Positions 30,452 to 40,790 are shown, numbered from the stretch's first letter. The stretch is 64,000 nucleotides of DNA from Candidatus Hydrogenedentota bacterium (GCA_034408725.1 JAWXCN010000200.1:20385-84384), one strand, 5' to 3'. Numbers and translations are program-made. Notes: a model not told the origin generated them from the letters alone.

Positions 30452-31636
30452 ATGCTTCGCAGACAGTTTTTGCTCCAGCTCGGTGCAATGGGTGCTGGCG
30501 CGGTGCTGGGTAATGTGTTCCAGACGCAACGGGCGCATGCCGCGCAGCATGACATTAAGATTACGGCCCTTGAGCCGTATGTGCTGAAAGGTGGACGGTG
30601 TTGGGTGATCGTGCGGACGTCGGATGGGGTGAGCGGCATCGGTGAAGTGAGCCCGATGAACGCGCAGGCGGCTGCTTTGCTGATACGCGATACGTTTGCG
30701 AAATTGCTGGTTGGGATGAACCCCCTCGATATCGAGCGCTGTTGGGACAGGGTGTTCTACAGCACGTACAAGCAGGGTGTGATGGGTTTGCAGCCCGAGG
30801 CGCTGTCCGGTGTGGATATCGCGTTGTGGGATATCCTGGGAAAAGTCGCGGGCATGCCGATTCACCGGCTTCTGGGCGGGAAACGGCGCGATTCGGTGCG
30901 CGTGTACGCGAGTATCGGCGGCGCGGGAGAAAGCACGCCGGAGTCCGTCGCGAAACGCGCGGAGGCGGCGGTTAAAGACGGGTTTACCGCGGTGAAAATC
31001 CGGCAGGATTATGGTCCGGTCGTGCCGGATCGGGATGTGAAGAAAGACCTGGCGGTGCTCGATGCCGTCCGCAAAGCGATTGGAGATGATGTCGAGCTAA
31101 AGTATGACGTGAACAACGGCTACTCCCTCCCGACGGCGATTCGCGTTGGCCGCGAGATCGAACGGTTCAATGTGATTCACTACGAGGAACCGCTTGCGCA
31201 AACCGACTACGCGGGTTATGCGAAACTGGTGGATGCGATTGACATTCCCGTCGCGGCGGGTGAACACGAGTACACGCGGTGGCAGTTTCGCGACTTAATT
31301 GACCAAGCGAACGTGGATATTGTGCAGCCTGATCTGGTGAAGTGCGCGGGCATTTCCGAGGCCGTCAAGATTGCCGCGCTGGCGAGCGCGCATCATAAAC
31401 TGCTTTGTCCGCACCAGACGCAACCGACGATTGGACAGGCGGCTTCAATGCACTATACGAGTGTGTTTGTGGGAAATGACATGGCGCAGGAACTTACCGA
31501 GGGCGGGCACACCAGCCCGCTACGCAATTTTTTCAAGAACCCGCTGGAATTCAAGAACGGACGGATTACCGTGCCGGACGGGCCGGGGTTGGGCCTGGAG
31601 TTGGATGAAGAGAAGCTGAAGGAGGCATTGGCTTGA
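30452..31636 (+). CDS. Tat-signal mandelate racemase/muconate lactonizing enzyme family protein
   Basis: MLRRQFL Tat motif; DIALWDILGK, DVNNGY, YEEP, AAGE, QPD and GPGLGLE motifs. Confidence 0.92.
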   Translation: MLRRQFLLQLGAMGAGAVLGNVFQTQRAHAAQHDIKITALEPYVLKGGRCWVIVRTSDGVSGIGEVSPMNAQAAALLIRDTFAKLLVGMNPLDIERCWDRVFYSTYKQGVMGLQPEALSGVDIALWDILGKVAGMPIHRLLGGKRRDSVRVYASIGGAGESTPESVAKRAEAAVKDGFTAVKIRQDYGPVVPDRDVKKDLAVLDAVRKAIGDDVELKYDVNNGYSLPTAIRVGREIERFNVIHYEEPLAQTDYAGYAKLVDAIDIPVAAGEHEYTRWQFRDLIDQANVDIVQPDLVKCAGISEAVKIAALASAHHKLLCPHQTQPTIGQAASMHYTSVFVGNDMAQELTEGGHTSPLRNFFKNPLEFKNGRITVPDGPGLGLELDEEKLKEALA

Positions 31637-31649
31637 CGGAGGAGGAATA

Positions 31650-31678
31650 GGACCTATGGGACCTATGGGACCTATGGA
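31650..31678. repeat. Tandem 9-mer (GGACCTATG)x3
   Basis: Seen directly downstream of the racemase-family gene. Confidence 0.8.
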
Positions 31679-31728
31679 ACTCAATTCAATGAAAATCTTG
31701 CCGGACTCAACCAGAATTCAAAGCCCCC

Positions 31729-31758
31729 TGTAACCTTTCGCCCTCTTCCGGGGTAAAC
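31729..31758 (+). promoter_or_regulatory. Putative ECF-sigma promoter TGTAACC-N17-GTAAAC
   Basis: AAC-containing -35 typical of ECF promoters, upstream of an operon that encodes an ECF sigma factor. Confidence 0.45.
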
Positions 31759-31788
31759 AATTCAGAAAAACCGGCGGAGGCCCTTTCC

Positions 31789-32310
31789 ATGATCATGGCG
31801 GATGTGTTCAAGATTCTTTTCATTATCCTCGGCACGCTGATTACGCTGGTGTCGTATTGGCTGCTTTTTGAGGCCCTGTTCAAGAAAATGGTCAAGCAAG
31901 CCAGTATCGAATATGAACAGCATCCCCTGCGGGCGACATTCGTGGGGCTGGTGTCGGGCGCGCCTTTGTTTGGCATTTCGCTTGCCCTGCTCAACAGCGC
32001 GGCGGGCTTAAAATTTGTTGGCGTCGTCTTGTTGTCGGTTGTGCTGCTCGTCGGACTTGTGGGATCGGCGGGGTTGGCGCGGTTGGTTGGCGCGCGGTTG
32101 GCCTCTGCTACCGATGCGTCATTCCCTTGGCGGCGCGTGTTGCGCGGCGGGATCGTTTTGTCGATCACCTTTGTTCTGCCCATCGTCGGCTGGTTTATTG
32201 TGCTGCCGCTGACGCTTGCGAGCGGGTTCGGGGCGGTTGTGGTATCGCGATGGACTCAGCGGCGTTCCATGCAAATGGCGCCGGCGCCGGTCCAGACCGT
32301 AAGCGCGTAG
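31789..32310 (+). CDS. Hypothetical membrane protein
   Basis: GGAGG RBS; about five TM helices; resembles 36133..36618. Confidence 0.75.
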   Translation: MIMADVFKILFIILGTLITLVSYWLLFEALFKKMVKQASIEYEQHPLRATFVGLVSGAPLFGISLALLNSAAGLKFVGVVLLSVVLLVGLVGSAGLARLVGARLASATDASFPWRRVLRGGIVLSITFVLPIVGWFIVLPLTLASGFGAVVVSRWTQRRSMQMAPAPVQTVSA

Positions 32311-32312
32311 CC

Positions 32313-33764
32313 ATGCGCGTTACCCGCCGCACATTTCTACAGGCCGCGGGGGCGTTGTCCGCGGCGACGTTTTCCGGTTGCGACCAGGCCATCCGGTTTG
32401 TTGGTGTTCCACAACGCCCCGCGCTCGAAGCGCCGTTTGCGCCCGGGGCTGGCGCCGCAGTTGATCTCGCGACGCACGTCATTCGACGTTTATCGTTTGG
32501 GCCACGTCCCGAAGACCATGCGCGCGTTGCGGCGATGGGCGTGGACGCGTACATCGAAGAGCAATTGGCGCCGGACGCGATTGACGATGTGGAATGCGAA
32601 AGCCTCGTGCGACGCAACGAAACCATTGCCGCGCCGGTGGGCGAGTTGTTCGAATATAAACAGGATTTCCTGTTGCGCGAATTGACGCGGGCGACGCTTA
32701 CCCGCGCGGTGTACAGCAACCGGCAACTGTACGAAGTGATGGTCGAATTCTGGTCCGACCATTTCAACATTGCACAGTCGAAGGGCGATTGCGCGTGGTT
32801 AAAAACGGCAGATGATCGCGATGTGATTCGCAAACACGCCCTCGGCAATTTCGCGGAGATGCTGCGCGCGTCCGCGTTGAGTCCTGCCATGCTCTGGTAC
32901 CTCGACGGCCGTGTGAACCGCAAGCGCAGGCCCGATGAAGCGCCGAACGAGAACTACGCTCGCGAATTGTTGGAACTGCACACGCTTGGCGTACATGGCG
33001 GTTACACACAGCAGGACGTCATGGAAACGGCGCGATGCCTGACGGGGTGGACGGTGCGCAGCGATGAGTTGTTCCGTAAGGGGCAGGTTGTGTTTCGTCC
33101 TGACTGGCACGACGATGGCGAAAAAACAGTGCTGGGCAAAACGATACCGGCGGGTCTGGGCGAGAAAGATATTGACCGGGTCATCGAAATCATCATGGAG
33201 CATCCGGCAACAACGCAGTTCATCGCGCGGAAACTGTGCAGACGTTTCATTTCCGATGCGCCGCCGCAATCGGCGGTCGATGCTGTCGCGGCCAAGTTTT
33301 CCGATTCGCAGGGCAATATCAAAATGACATTGCGCGCTTTATTTGGATGTGATGCATTTCGCGCTGCTACCGATCAAAAGTTTAAACGTCCGTTGCGGTT
33401 CGTGGCTTCCGCGTTGCGCGCAACGGCGGCAGACACCACGCCGAACGATGCGCTTTATCAATATCTGTTGCGCATGGGGCATACACCGTTTCAATACCCC
33501 ACGCCGGATGGCTACCCCGAAGAGGCGGAACATTGGGTGAACACGATGTTATGGCGCTGGCATTTCACGGTCGCGATTGCGGAGAACCGGATCGAGGAAA
33601 CTTCGGTCGATTGGCCGCAGCTTTCCGAATACGCGGGCGGTGAACCCATGCTCGTCGCGCACCTGCTTGGCCGCGAGGCTTCGCCACTGGAAACGGAATG
33701 TTGTGTGGCGTCAGGCGCGGGGCCGGTTTTCATGATCGCGTCGCCTGCGTTTCAGAGGTTTTGA
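32313..33764 (+). CDS. DUF1800 family protein (Tat signal)
   Basis: TRRTFL Tat motif; EFWSDHFN, SPAMLWYLD and NENYARELLELHTLG motifs. Confidence 0.93.
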   Translation: MRVTRRTFLQAAGALSAATFSGCDQAIRFVGVPQRPALEAPFAPGAGAAVDLATHVIRRLSFGPRPEDHARVAAMGVDAYIEEQLAPDAIDDVECESLVRRNETIAAPVGELFEYKQDFLLRELTRATLTRAVYSNRQLYEVMVEFWSDHFNIAQSKGDCAWLKTADDRDVIRKHALGNFAEMLRASALSPAMLWYLDGRVNRKRRPDEAPNENYARELLELHTLGVHGGYTQQDVMETARCLTGWTVRSDELFRKGQVVFRPDWHDDGEKTVLGKTIPAGLGEKDIDRVIEIIMEHPATTQFIARKLCRRFISDAPPQSAVDAVAAKFSDSQGNIKMTLRALFGCDAFRAATDQKFKRPLRFVASALRATAADTTPNDALYQYLLRMGHTPFQYPTPDGYPEEAEHWVNTMLWRWHFTVAIAENRIEETSVDWPQLSEYAGGEPMLVAHLLGREASPLETECCVASGAGPVFMIASPAFQRF

Positions 33765-33767
33765 ATC

Positions 33768-34889
33768 ATGCCGAATGCGGGATATGTGAACGGCAACGGC
33801 GACTCGGAGCAGGCGCTCGTTGTGATCTTTTTGCGCGGTGGCGCGGACGGCCTGAACATGGTTGCGCCGGTGGAAGACGATCATTATTTCAAGGCGCGCC
33901 CGCTGGTTGGCCTGTCGAAAAGTTCAACGGTGGCGCTGGACGACACGTTCGCGCTTAACGCGCAGCTTGCGGGATTGGCGGGCCTGTATCGCTCCGGTGA
34001 ACTCGCGATTGTGCATGGCGCAGGTTCCGAAGACCTCACGCGCTCGCATTTTGAAGCGCAGGACACGATGGAACACGGCGGGCCCGGCGGTGGCGGCTGG
34101 TTGGGGCGATACATGCGGCATCGTCCGAATGGTCCTGGCGGGCCGCTCGCGTCGATCGCGATTGGGAGCGCGGCGCCGGAGGCACTGCGGGGCGCGCCGG
34201 CGACGGTGGTGATGGAATCGTTTCAAGACTTCGCGCTGGGAGAACGCGCGCCCGCCGCGATGTCCGCGCTGGAACGTCTATATGCGCCGGAGAACGACGC
34301 CATTGGCGGGGCCGCGCGCGCGACGTTGGCGGCGCTGGGCAAGATTACGCAGTTAAGTGATCATGATTATAAGCCGGACAACAATGCGGTGTACCCCGCG
34401 GGCGCGTTTGGCGATGGGCTTCGCCGCATTGCGCAAATGTTGAAGGCGCGGGTCGGCCTTGAAGCAGCATGTCTCGATCTCGGTGGATGGGATTCGCATT
34501 TCGCGCAGGGGACGCTGATAGACCCGCTGATGAAACAGTTGAGCGAGGGTTTGGCCGCGTTGCACGCCGATCTCGGTGGCGCAATGGAGCATACGAATAT
34601 AGTGGTCATGACGGAGTTTGGCCGACGGGTTTACGAGAATGCGTCGCTCGGGACCGATCATGGGCGCGGCAGCGTGATGGTCATTGCCGGAGGCGGCGTC
34701 CGCGGCGGCAAGGTATACTGCGACTGGCAGGGACTTGCCATGGACAAACTCGAGGCGCCCGGCGATGTGCCGGTGCAAAACAACTACCGCGACGTGCTTG
34801 CGCCGGTTTTGGCGCGGCACAGCGGCATAACGGATTTTACCCGTGTCTTTCCCGAATACAGCCTGGCTCCTCTCGCTCTCTACGCCTGA
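33768..34889 (+). CDS. DUF1501 family protein
   Basis: LVVIFLRGGADGLN, RSHFEAQ, GGWDSH and MTEFGRRVYENASLGTDHG motifs; typical partner of DUF1800. Confidence 0.93.
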   Translation: MPNAGYVNGNGDSEQALVVIFLRGGADGLNMVAPVEDDHYFKARPLVGLSKSSTVALDDTFALNAQLAGLAGLYRSGELAIVHGAGSEDLTRSHFEAQDTMEHGGPGGGGWLGRYMRHRPNGPGGPLASIAIGSAAPEALRGAPATVVMESFQDFALGERAPAAMSALERLYAPENDAIGGAARATLAALGKITQLSDHDYKPDNNAVYPAGAFGDGLRRIAQMLKARVGLEAACLDLGGWDSHFAQGTLIDPLMKQLSEGLAALHADLGGAMEHTNIVVMTEFGRRVYENASLGTDHGRGSVMVIAGGGVRGGKVYCDWQGLAMDKLEAPGDVPVQNNYRDVLAPVLARHSGITDFTRVFPEYSLAPLALYA

Positions 34890-34983
34890 TGCGGCGTGGT
34901 TGACGGCGCGGGATTCGCGGCCTGACAATGGGCTCCGCGGACGCGCGAGGTGGCGCGCGTTGGCGTGTCAGGAGGAGAGCAGA

Positions 34984-35565
34984 TTGGCTGAGGAATCCCA
35001 TGGGCAGGCGACAGACGCCGCTTGGGAACCCGACTGCGTTTCGCGGGCCATTTCGGGAGAACCCGCGGCATTTGAACTGCTGGTGGACGCTTATACGCCG
35101 CGCATTTATTCGCATGCCATTCGCATGCTGCGCAATCGAGAAGAGGCGGAGGACATTGTGCAGGAGACTTTCCTGCGGGTATATCGAAACCTTTCTGCTT
35201 TTGATCAAAAGCGCCCATTTCGGAACTGGGTGTATACGATTGCGACGAATCTTGCTCTGAACGCATTGCGCGCGCGGCAACGGCGCGGTCAACCGGTGGC
35301 ACTTGATTTTGGTGACGTTGATGCCAATTGGGTGGCAAACGCTACCGCGCGAGACGTCGTTACGCGCGAGGATTTGGCGGAGCGCATCGCAAACGCCGTC
35401 TGCAAGTTGCCCGCGCAACCCGCGGCTTTGGTGCATCTGCATTACATAGAGGGCATGACGATTCGAGAGGCCGCGGAGATGTTGAACATGCGCGAGGACG
35501 CGGCAAAGGTCGCGTTGCACCGCGCGCGAAAGCGCCTGCGCGAACTGTTGCAGAACGAACCATGA
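34984..35565 (+). CDS. ECF sigma-70 factor
   Basis: AFELLV...EAEDIVQETFLR...WVYTIATN; region 4 EAAEML...KVALHRARKRL; TTG start after GGAGG. Confidence 0.9.
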   Translation: MAEESHGQATDAAWEPDCVSRAISGEPAAFELLVDAYTPRIYSHAIRMLRNREEAEDIVQETFLRVYRNLSAFDQKRPFRNWVYTIATNLALNALRARQRRGQPVALDFGDVDANWVANATARDVVTREDLAERIANAVCKLPAQPAALVHLHYIEGMTIREAAEMLNMREDAAKVALHRARKRLRELLQNEP

Positions 35566-36128
35566 TGAACTGTGAAACTTATAGAGCGGAATGCGATCAG
35601 CAGTTCGACGCCGGCGAGGTCGTGATTCTCGATGGGGAGCATGCAGCGGCGTGCGCCGATTGCGCGGCCTACGGCGAGCGTCTTGCCGCCATGCAAGAGG
35701 CTTTGTCGCGGGCGCCGCTTGAGACGCCACGCGCGAGCTTTACCGAAGTATTGAAGGCGCGGCTTGCGCAGGAACGGGCGCATGCGGATGAATCGCAATG
35801 GTGGATCGGTGCGTCGGCATTTGCGGCGTGCGCATTGTTTGTGGTTGCTGGGTGGTACGCGGCCGGTCCAATAAATCCATCCGCGTGGATTAATCGGGAT
35901 CTCGCCGGCATTTCGGTTTGGCAATATGTGGAGGAAGTCACGCGCGACAGTTCCCTTGCTTGGGCAAAGCACTATTGGTTCATCGCGACGGAGCCGCTTT
36001 CGGGATTGGCATCACCGAGGACGTGGACGCTTGCGGTGCTCGCGTTGATCGCGCTGGTAAGCGTGAACATGGCGGAAGCGTACCGATTGCGCGGGGCAAG
36101 CCGATTTTCTCCGCATCGGCGGAATTGA
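35562..36128 (+). CDS. Membrane-anchored zinc-binding (ZAS) anti-sigma factor
   Basis: MNC...HAAACADC (HxxxCxxC) and TM helices; ATGA-coupled to the sigma gene. Confidence 0.8.
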   Translation: MMNCETYRAECDQQFDAGEVVILDGEHAAACADCAAYGERLAAMQEALSRAPLETPRASFTEVLKARLAQERAHADESQWWIGASAFAACALFVVAGWYAAGPINPSAWINRDLAGISVWQYVEEVTRDSSLAWAKHYWFIATEPLSGLASPRTWTLAVLALIALVSVNMAEAYRLRGASRFSPHRRN

Positions 36129-36132
36129 CGCG

Positions 36133-36618
36133 ATGCCTTACCAGAAAGCGATCGTGTTTTTTGTGTTCGCGCTCCTTTACCTGGCCGCGAAGGCGGGGTG
36201 CGTCGCGATGGCGATATGGATGCATGCGGTGGCGCCGGATTTTATTGGGCGCGCGTTGACGGCATACAACACGCGCGCCAAACGTTGTTTCGCGCTTGGC
36301 GTCGTGAATGCGTTGGCGGTTCTGTTCCTCTGCGCAGTGTTGTTTGGAACACAGTTGGAACCGTTGGGCCTGCTCGGGCTTGCGCTGCTATTGAGCCTTG
36401 CGGCATTGGCGATGGTCGGGTATTCGTTGTCGTACCATGATTTGGGGCGTCAACTTCGCGATGAGCGCGCATGGACGCCCGCGCGCACGATTCTGCTTGG
36501 GGGGATTGCGGCGGAAGCCGCGTTCATGGCGCCGGTGATTGGGCAGGTGTTTTCGATTGGAGTGCTGTTTCGCGGATTGGGGGCGGTGGTGAGCGCGATG
36601 TTGTGGCGGGGCAAATGA
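36133..36618 (+). CDS. Hypothetical membrane protein, paralog-like to 31789..32310
   Basis: Similar helix pattern ending P(I/V)(V/I)G...G(F/L)GAVV. Confidence 0.7.
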   Translation: MPYQKAIVFFVFALLYLAAKAGCVAMAIWMHAVAPDFIGRALTAYNTRAKRCFALGVVNALAVLFLCAVLFGTQLEPLGLLGLALLLSLAALAMVGYSLSYHDLGRQLRDERAWTPARTILLGGIAAEAAFMAPVIGQVFSIGVLFRGLGAVVSAMLWRGK

Positions 36619-36680
36619 AAAACAAAATTTGAGCTTTGAAATTTTAAAAAAAATATGTCCGTTCGCTGCAACGACCCGGA

Positions 36681-37234
36681 TCAGGTTTGATTGCCGGTCA
36701 TAATCCAATAGCGCTTCTTGCCAATCGTGGTTCCCGCGGGAAACACGGTCGATTCATAGACGCCGCCGGACTTGAGAATGGCGCGTTCGGAGGCGATATT
36801 TCCTTCATCGCACGTGAGCAATAGTTTGCCAACCGACACAGCCTCTGGCGTCCGGATTAGAAATTCCATCATCCGTGTCGCGATTCCCCGCCCCCGGTAG
36901 CTTGGCCGGACGATATAGCCGACATGGCCGCCGACGGTTGCGAGAAATTCGTTGAGTTCCAAACGGAGGCCGATGCGTCCAACCAAGACATCGTCCTGAA
37001 TGGCCCAATAGGTGTCATACCACGCACGAAATGAGACGGTGGCGTGATTTCCCGCGCGCGCAATTCCGCGACGTATTCTGGAAAACGATTATAAATCAGG
37101 TCTTCCGAACCGTCGGGGCCCAAATACATCCACGCATCTTTGTCCGCCGCGGAGGTCATTTCTTCGTATGCGGCAATGAAAGACTTTTGGTAGCTTTCGC
37201 ATGGCGCTATGAATTGCAATTTAGGCCGAACCAA
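36681..37234 (-). pseudogene. GNAT acetyltransferase, frameshifted near 37015
   Basis: The N-part (ESYQKSFIAAYEE...PPSHFV) and the C-part (TYWAIQDDVLVGRIGLRLELNEFLATVGGHVGY...TCDEGNIAS) lie in different frames. Confidence 0.75.
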
Positions 37235-37250
37235 GGCGGTTAACGATCGA

Positions 37251-38072
37251 TTACGCTTTGTAGTGCTTGAGCGCGGTTGTGAAATCATCGACATCGAACA
37301 CGAAGCCAAAGAGCAGCGCCACCCGCCACAGGGCGAGTTCCTTGGCAAACTGATTGTGCGCGGACTCCTTGCTTTCGATAGCAACAACGGCCTGGCGTAG
37401 CGCGGAACACATCATGCCACGTTCGTTCATGTCCACCATACCTCCCGGCGAAATGAGCAGGCAGCCGTCAATTGCGAATCCCCCATAGATGAGATGGTTT
37501 ATCTCCAATTTCTTGCAGACAGCGAAAAGTTGATGGCCATCTTCGCAGATGTATTCCGAATCCAGAGGCATCGCGTACGGATCAAAATCAAGTCGGCCGA
37601 AACCTTTTTGTATGTCCGGGATATTTGCCATGCCTGGAAACACATTAGCCTGCTTGAACCCGGCCAGTTTATCTCGCAAGGGATCGGGCTTTGCATGCTC
37701 CGGTCCCGCCGGTGATGGGCCGGATAGTTCTACCGCGCGTTTGTAACCGGGCCGTTCCTTGTAATACCCGGCGCTGCTGACGACGTGCATCAGCGGCAAT
37801 GGCGACGAACGAATGGTCGCCAGCAGGTTCGGATACAATTGGCGGCACACCTCCGCCGCCCTTGGAATGTACGGTACTGCGCAGTGCCAGCCTGGAAATT
37901 CTTCATAGGCGCCGCAATCCCACGCGTGCATCACGACAATGCCGGTATGGTCCGGCGCGAACTCGAGCTCAGTTTTCTTCCATCCGCCAAACCCCTCCTC
38001 CGGCACGGCCCGCGTAAAGTCCGCGCTAAAGTGCTGATAGTAATTCACGGGTATGCGCAATGGGTTAGGCAT
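37251..38072 (-). CDS. Isochorismatase/cysteine-hydrolase-like protein
   Basis: TGIVVMHAWD, LMHV and LIYGGFAIDGCL pattern; AGGAG upstream. Confidence 0.6.
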   Translation of the reverse strand: MPNPLRIPVNYYQHFSADFTRAVPEEGFGGWKKTELEFAPDHTGIVVMHAWDCGAYEEFPGWHCAVPYIPRAAEVCRQLYPNLLATIRSSPLPLMHVVSSAGYYKERPGYKRAVELSGPSPAGPEHAKPDPLRDKLAGFKQANVFPGMANIPDIQKGFGRLDFDPYAMPLDSEYICEDGHQLFAVCKKLEINHLIYGGFAIDGCLLISPGGMVDMNERGMMCSALRQAVVAIESKESAHNQFAKELALWRVALLFGFVFDVDDFTTALKHYKA

Positions 38073-38198
38073 GACAACTCCTTCGGGGGTGTTTGGAAAC
38101 TATAGCGCGGGGGCAAATTGCGCGCAAACACCGTCCATTGCTATACTCCGCGCCGCAATGAGGGGCAATCGGCGTTGGGCCGTGGAGAAGCATTATCC

Positions 38199-38948
38199 AT
38201 GTCTGGGCATAGCAAATGGAGCACGATCAAGCGCAAAAAAGGCGCGTTGGACGCCAAGCGCGGGAAGATTTTCTCGAAGCTGGCGAAGGAGATTACCGTC
38301 GCGGCGAAGGTAGGCGGGCGCGATCCGAATGCGAACCCGCGATTGCGCACCGTGTTGCTTGCCGCGCGCAGCCAGAACATGCCTAAGGACAACGTCGAGC
38401 GCGCAATCAAAAAAGGCACGGGCGAAATACCCGGCATCAGTTACGAAGAAACCCGCTACGAAGCGTATGGTCCCGCGGGTGTGGCTGTCCTCGTCGATGT
38501 TCTGACCGACAACAAGAACAGAACGGTTTCAGAGGTCCGCCATATTTTTACGAAGAACGGCGGTAGTCTGGCCGAAGCCGGCGCGGTTGGATGGATTTTT
38601 GATCGCAAGGGCATGATCTCGGTCGCGAAAACCGGCTTGACCGATGACGATATTTTTGAGAAGGCCATCGAAGCCGGCGCGGAAGACGTCGACACCGAAG
38701 GCGACATGTACGAGCTGAAGACGGCAGACATGGACCTTCATACTGTGGTTGGGGCGCTGGAGAAAATCGGCATCAAGGTCGAAGAAGCCAAGCTGACCAT
38801 GGAACCAAAGAACACCGTTAAAGTTGACGGGAGCAATGTCGCCGCGGTGCTCCGGCTGATGGAAAGTCTCGAAGATAACGACGACGTGCAGGAAGTGTAC
38901 GCGAACTTTGATATATCGGAGCAGGACATGGCCACGGCCATGAACTGA
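38199..38948 (+). CDS. yebC: YebC/PmpR family regulator
   Basis: [32 protein letters not shown] and [13 protein letters not shown] motifs. Confidence 0.97.
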   Translation: MSGHSKWSTIKRKKGALDAKRGKIFSKLAKEITVAAKVGGRDPNANPRLRTVLLAARSQNMPKDNVERAIKKGTGEIPGISYEETRYEAYGPAGVAVLVDVLTDNKNRTVSEVRHIFTKNGGSLAEAGAVGWIFDRKGMISVAKTGLTDDDIFEKAIEAGAEDVDTEGDMYELKTADMDLHTVVGALEKIGIKVEEAKLTMEPKNTVKVDGSNVAAVLRLMESLEDNDDVQEVYANFDISEQDMATAMN

Positions 38949-38978
38949 GGCCATGCCATCCACGCGGGCCATCTTCCC

Positions 38979-39467
38979 ATGATTGTACTGGGGTTTGACC
39001 CAGGCACGGCCACGACTGGCTACGGGGTAGTCGAAGGAAAAGGGACGCGGCTTGTTCACATCGCGCATGGGATTATTTCCACGCCTGCCAATACACCTTT
39101 CGCGGCGCGGCTGCACGCGATTCACCTTGAAGCCATTCGCCTTATTCGGGAATACGTTCCCGAAGCTGTCGCGATCGAGAAGCTCTACTTTGCGAGAAAT
39201 GTTACGACTGGAATCGCGGTTGCGCAGTCGAGAGGGGTGATCGCTCTTGCGGCGGACATGGCTGGGCTACCTATCGGCGAGTTTAGCCCACTCGAAGTAA
39301 AGAACGCAGTCGTTGGTTACGGCAAAGCAACGAAGCATCAGGTGCAGGACATGGTGAAAATCCTTTTAAACCTTGGTGAGCGCCCGAAACCGGACGATGC
39401 GGCGGACGCCCTCGCGCTAGCCATTTGCCAAGCACAGGCGGGCAAGGTGATGCGGCTGTTGCAGTAG
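38979..39467 (+). CDS. ruvC: Holliday junction resolvase RuvC
   Basis: LGFDPGTATTGYG, AIEKLYF, VKNAVVGYGKA and DDAADALA motifs. Confidence 0.97.
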   Translation: MIVLGFDPGTATTGYGVVEGKGTRLVHIAHGIISTPANTPFAARLHAIHLEAIRLIREYVPEAVAIEKLYFARNVTTGIAVAQSRGVIALAADMAGLPIGEFSPLEVKNAVVGYGKATKHQVQDMVKILLNLGERPKPDDAADALALAICQAQAGKVMRLLQ

Positions 39468-39481
39468 CGGCCGGGACGTGC

Positions 39482-40666
39482 CTAAGTGCCAAGTTTCGCG
39501 TGCGCCGATTCAATCGCGGTGATGACGTCGGGTAGGTGTAATACCTGGTTTAGCGTGTATTTTAACGGATTGAGCTTGATGTAGGTTGTGTCTTGAGGCG
39601 GCGCGGCAAGCACGCGCGCGCAGTTGGGTCTCACTCCTTCAGGGCCGAGTTCGATGAACCCAATTCCCGCGAAATACTCGAGCGTCGCGTCGATTTCCTT
39701 CCGCCGCCGGCCAATGGCAGCGGGATCGATGATGCGCTTGTGAAGCGAAGAAAGCGCCGCGCCGACGGCACTATCCATTGCATTGATGGAAATCCCTCCG
39801 AGTCGCCCGTGCAGGCAGTGCAAATAAAGGATTCCTGCCACGAAATGCGCCACGTTGATTTCAACCATGTCGCCCATCAATTCGATCAACCTGAAGTCAA
39901 GGGCCCGTTGCGCGGCTCGGTCGGCATCTTGCTCAAGAAATACGGGGTTGCCAAACGCTACGGTGGATTTTTTTGTCACCAGGTTGAGCGTGCGCGCTAC
40001 GGGTACCGCGGCGACTTGCAGGTCCGGCTTGTTGCGTTGCGCTTGGGCGATGAGGAACGTCACGCCTCCGGGTTCATCGATGCCATCGCGATACTCGATG
40101 AACACGCCGGTCCTTGACCGCGAACGGCCGGGGTACATGATGAATGCGGACCGTTCTCGCAGAAGCGAGATAAAAGGTTTGAGCTGCGCAAGCTGCACCC
40201 GATCGCGGCTAATCTGAAGTGTGCCGAAGAGCCGGGCGAGCTCATCAACATCGACGAGCCGCGATTTCAAAATGCCACCGGTGTGCTTAAAAAAATCGTC
40301 GCGCATCATGTATCGAACAGGGTAAGCGCCCTCGCAAACGCGGTGGATTGCGCGGTACATGATGAAGGGGTCATCTTTTGCGAAATGGTTCGCGGAGAAT
40401 ACCGCGGGGCCCGCCCTTGGGCAATGGTGCGAGCCTTCGACGCGCAGGCGTCTGGGCCATTTCATGAAGCGGTCGAACACAAAGATCATTTCGGGATAGA
40501 TCGCGAGGAACGACGGGCATTTTCCGAACCCAAGCCGGTACGCGGTATAGCGTATGAGACACCATGCGAAAACGGACCATGCGCGAACTTCGCGCATCAC
40601 GGACGCGCATTCGCACGCGCCGGGAGCGCGACGACAAGATCGGTAAATGACGCTTCGTATCGACAA
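39482..40666 (-). CDS. Lysophospholipid/glycerol-3-phosphate acyltransferase (PlsC-like)
   Basis: NHFAKDD (HX4D) motif; YPGRSRS as a variant of FPEGTRS; AAVPV; start uncertain. Confidence 0.75.
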   Translation of the reverse strand: MSIRSVIYRSCRRAPGACECASVMREVRAWSVFAWCLIRYTAYRLGFGKCPSFLAIYPEMIFVFDRFMKWPRRLRVEGSHHCPRAGPAVFSANHFAKDDPFIMYRAIHRVCEGAYPVRYMMRDDFFKHTGGILKSRLVDVDELARLFGTLQISRDRVQLAQLKPFISLLRERSAFIMYPGRSRSRTGVFIEYRDGIDEPGGVTFLIAQAQRNKPDLQVAAVPVARTLNLVTKKSTVAFGNPVFLEQDADRAAQRALDFRLIELMGDMVEINVAHFVAGILYLHCLHGRLGGISINAMDSAVGAALSSLHKRIIDPAAIGRRRKEIDATLEYFAGIGFIELGPEGVRPNCARVLAAPPQDTTYIKLNPLKYTLNQVLHLPDVITAIESAHAKLGT

Positions 40667-40790
40667 CGCGTCACGGCAAGACTCCGGTCAAGCAACTGGG
40701 TTGTCGAGATGGTATCAAAGGCGATTGAAGGGGTAAAGCGTCACTGCATTATGTACAATCCGAACTTGTGCAAAATCAGGGGGCGCTTGC

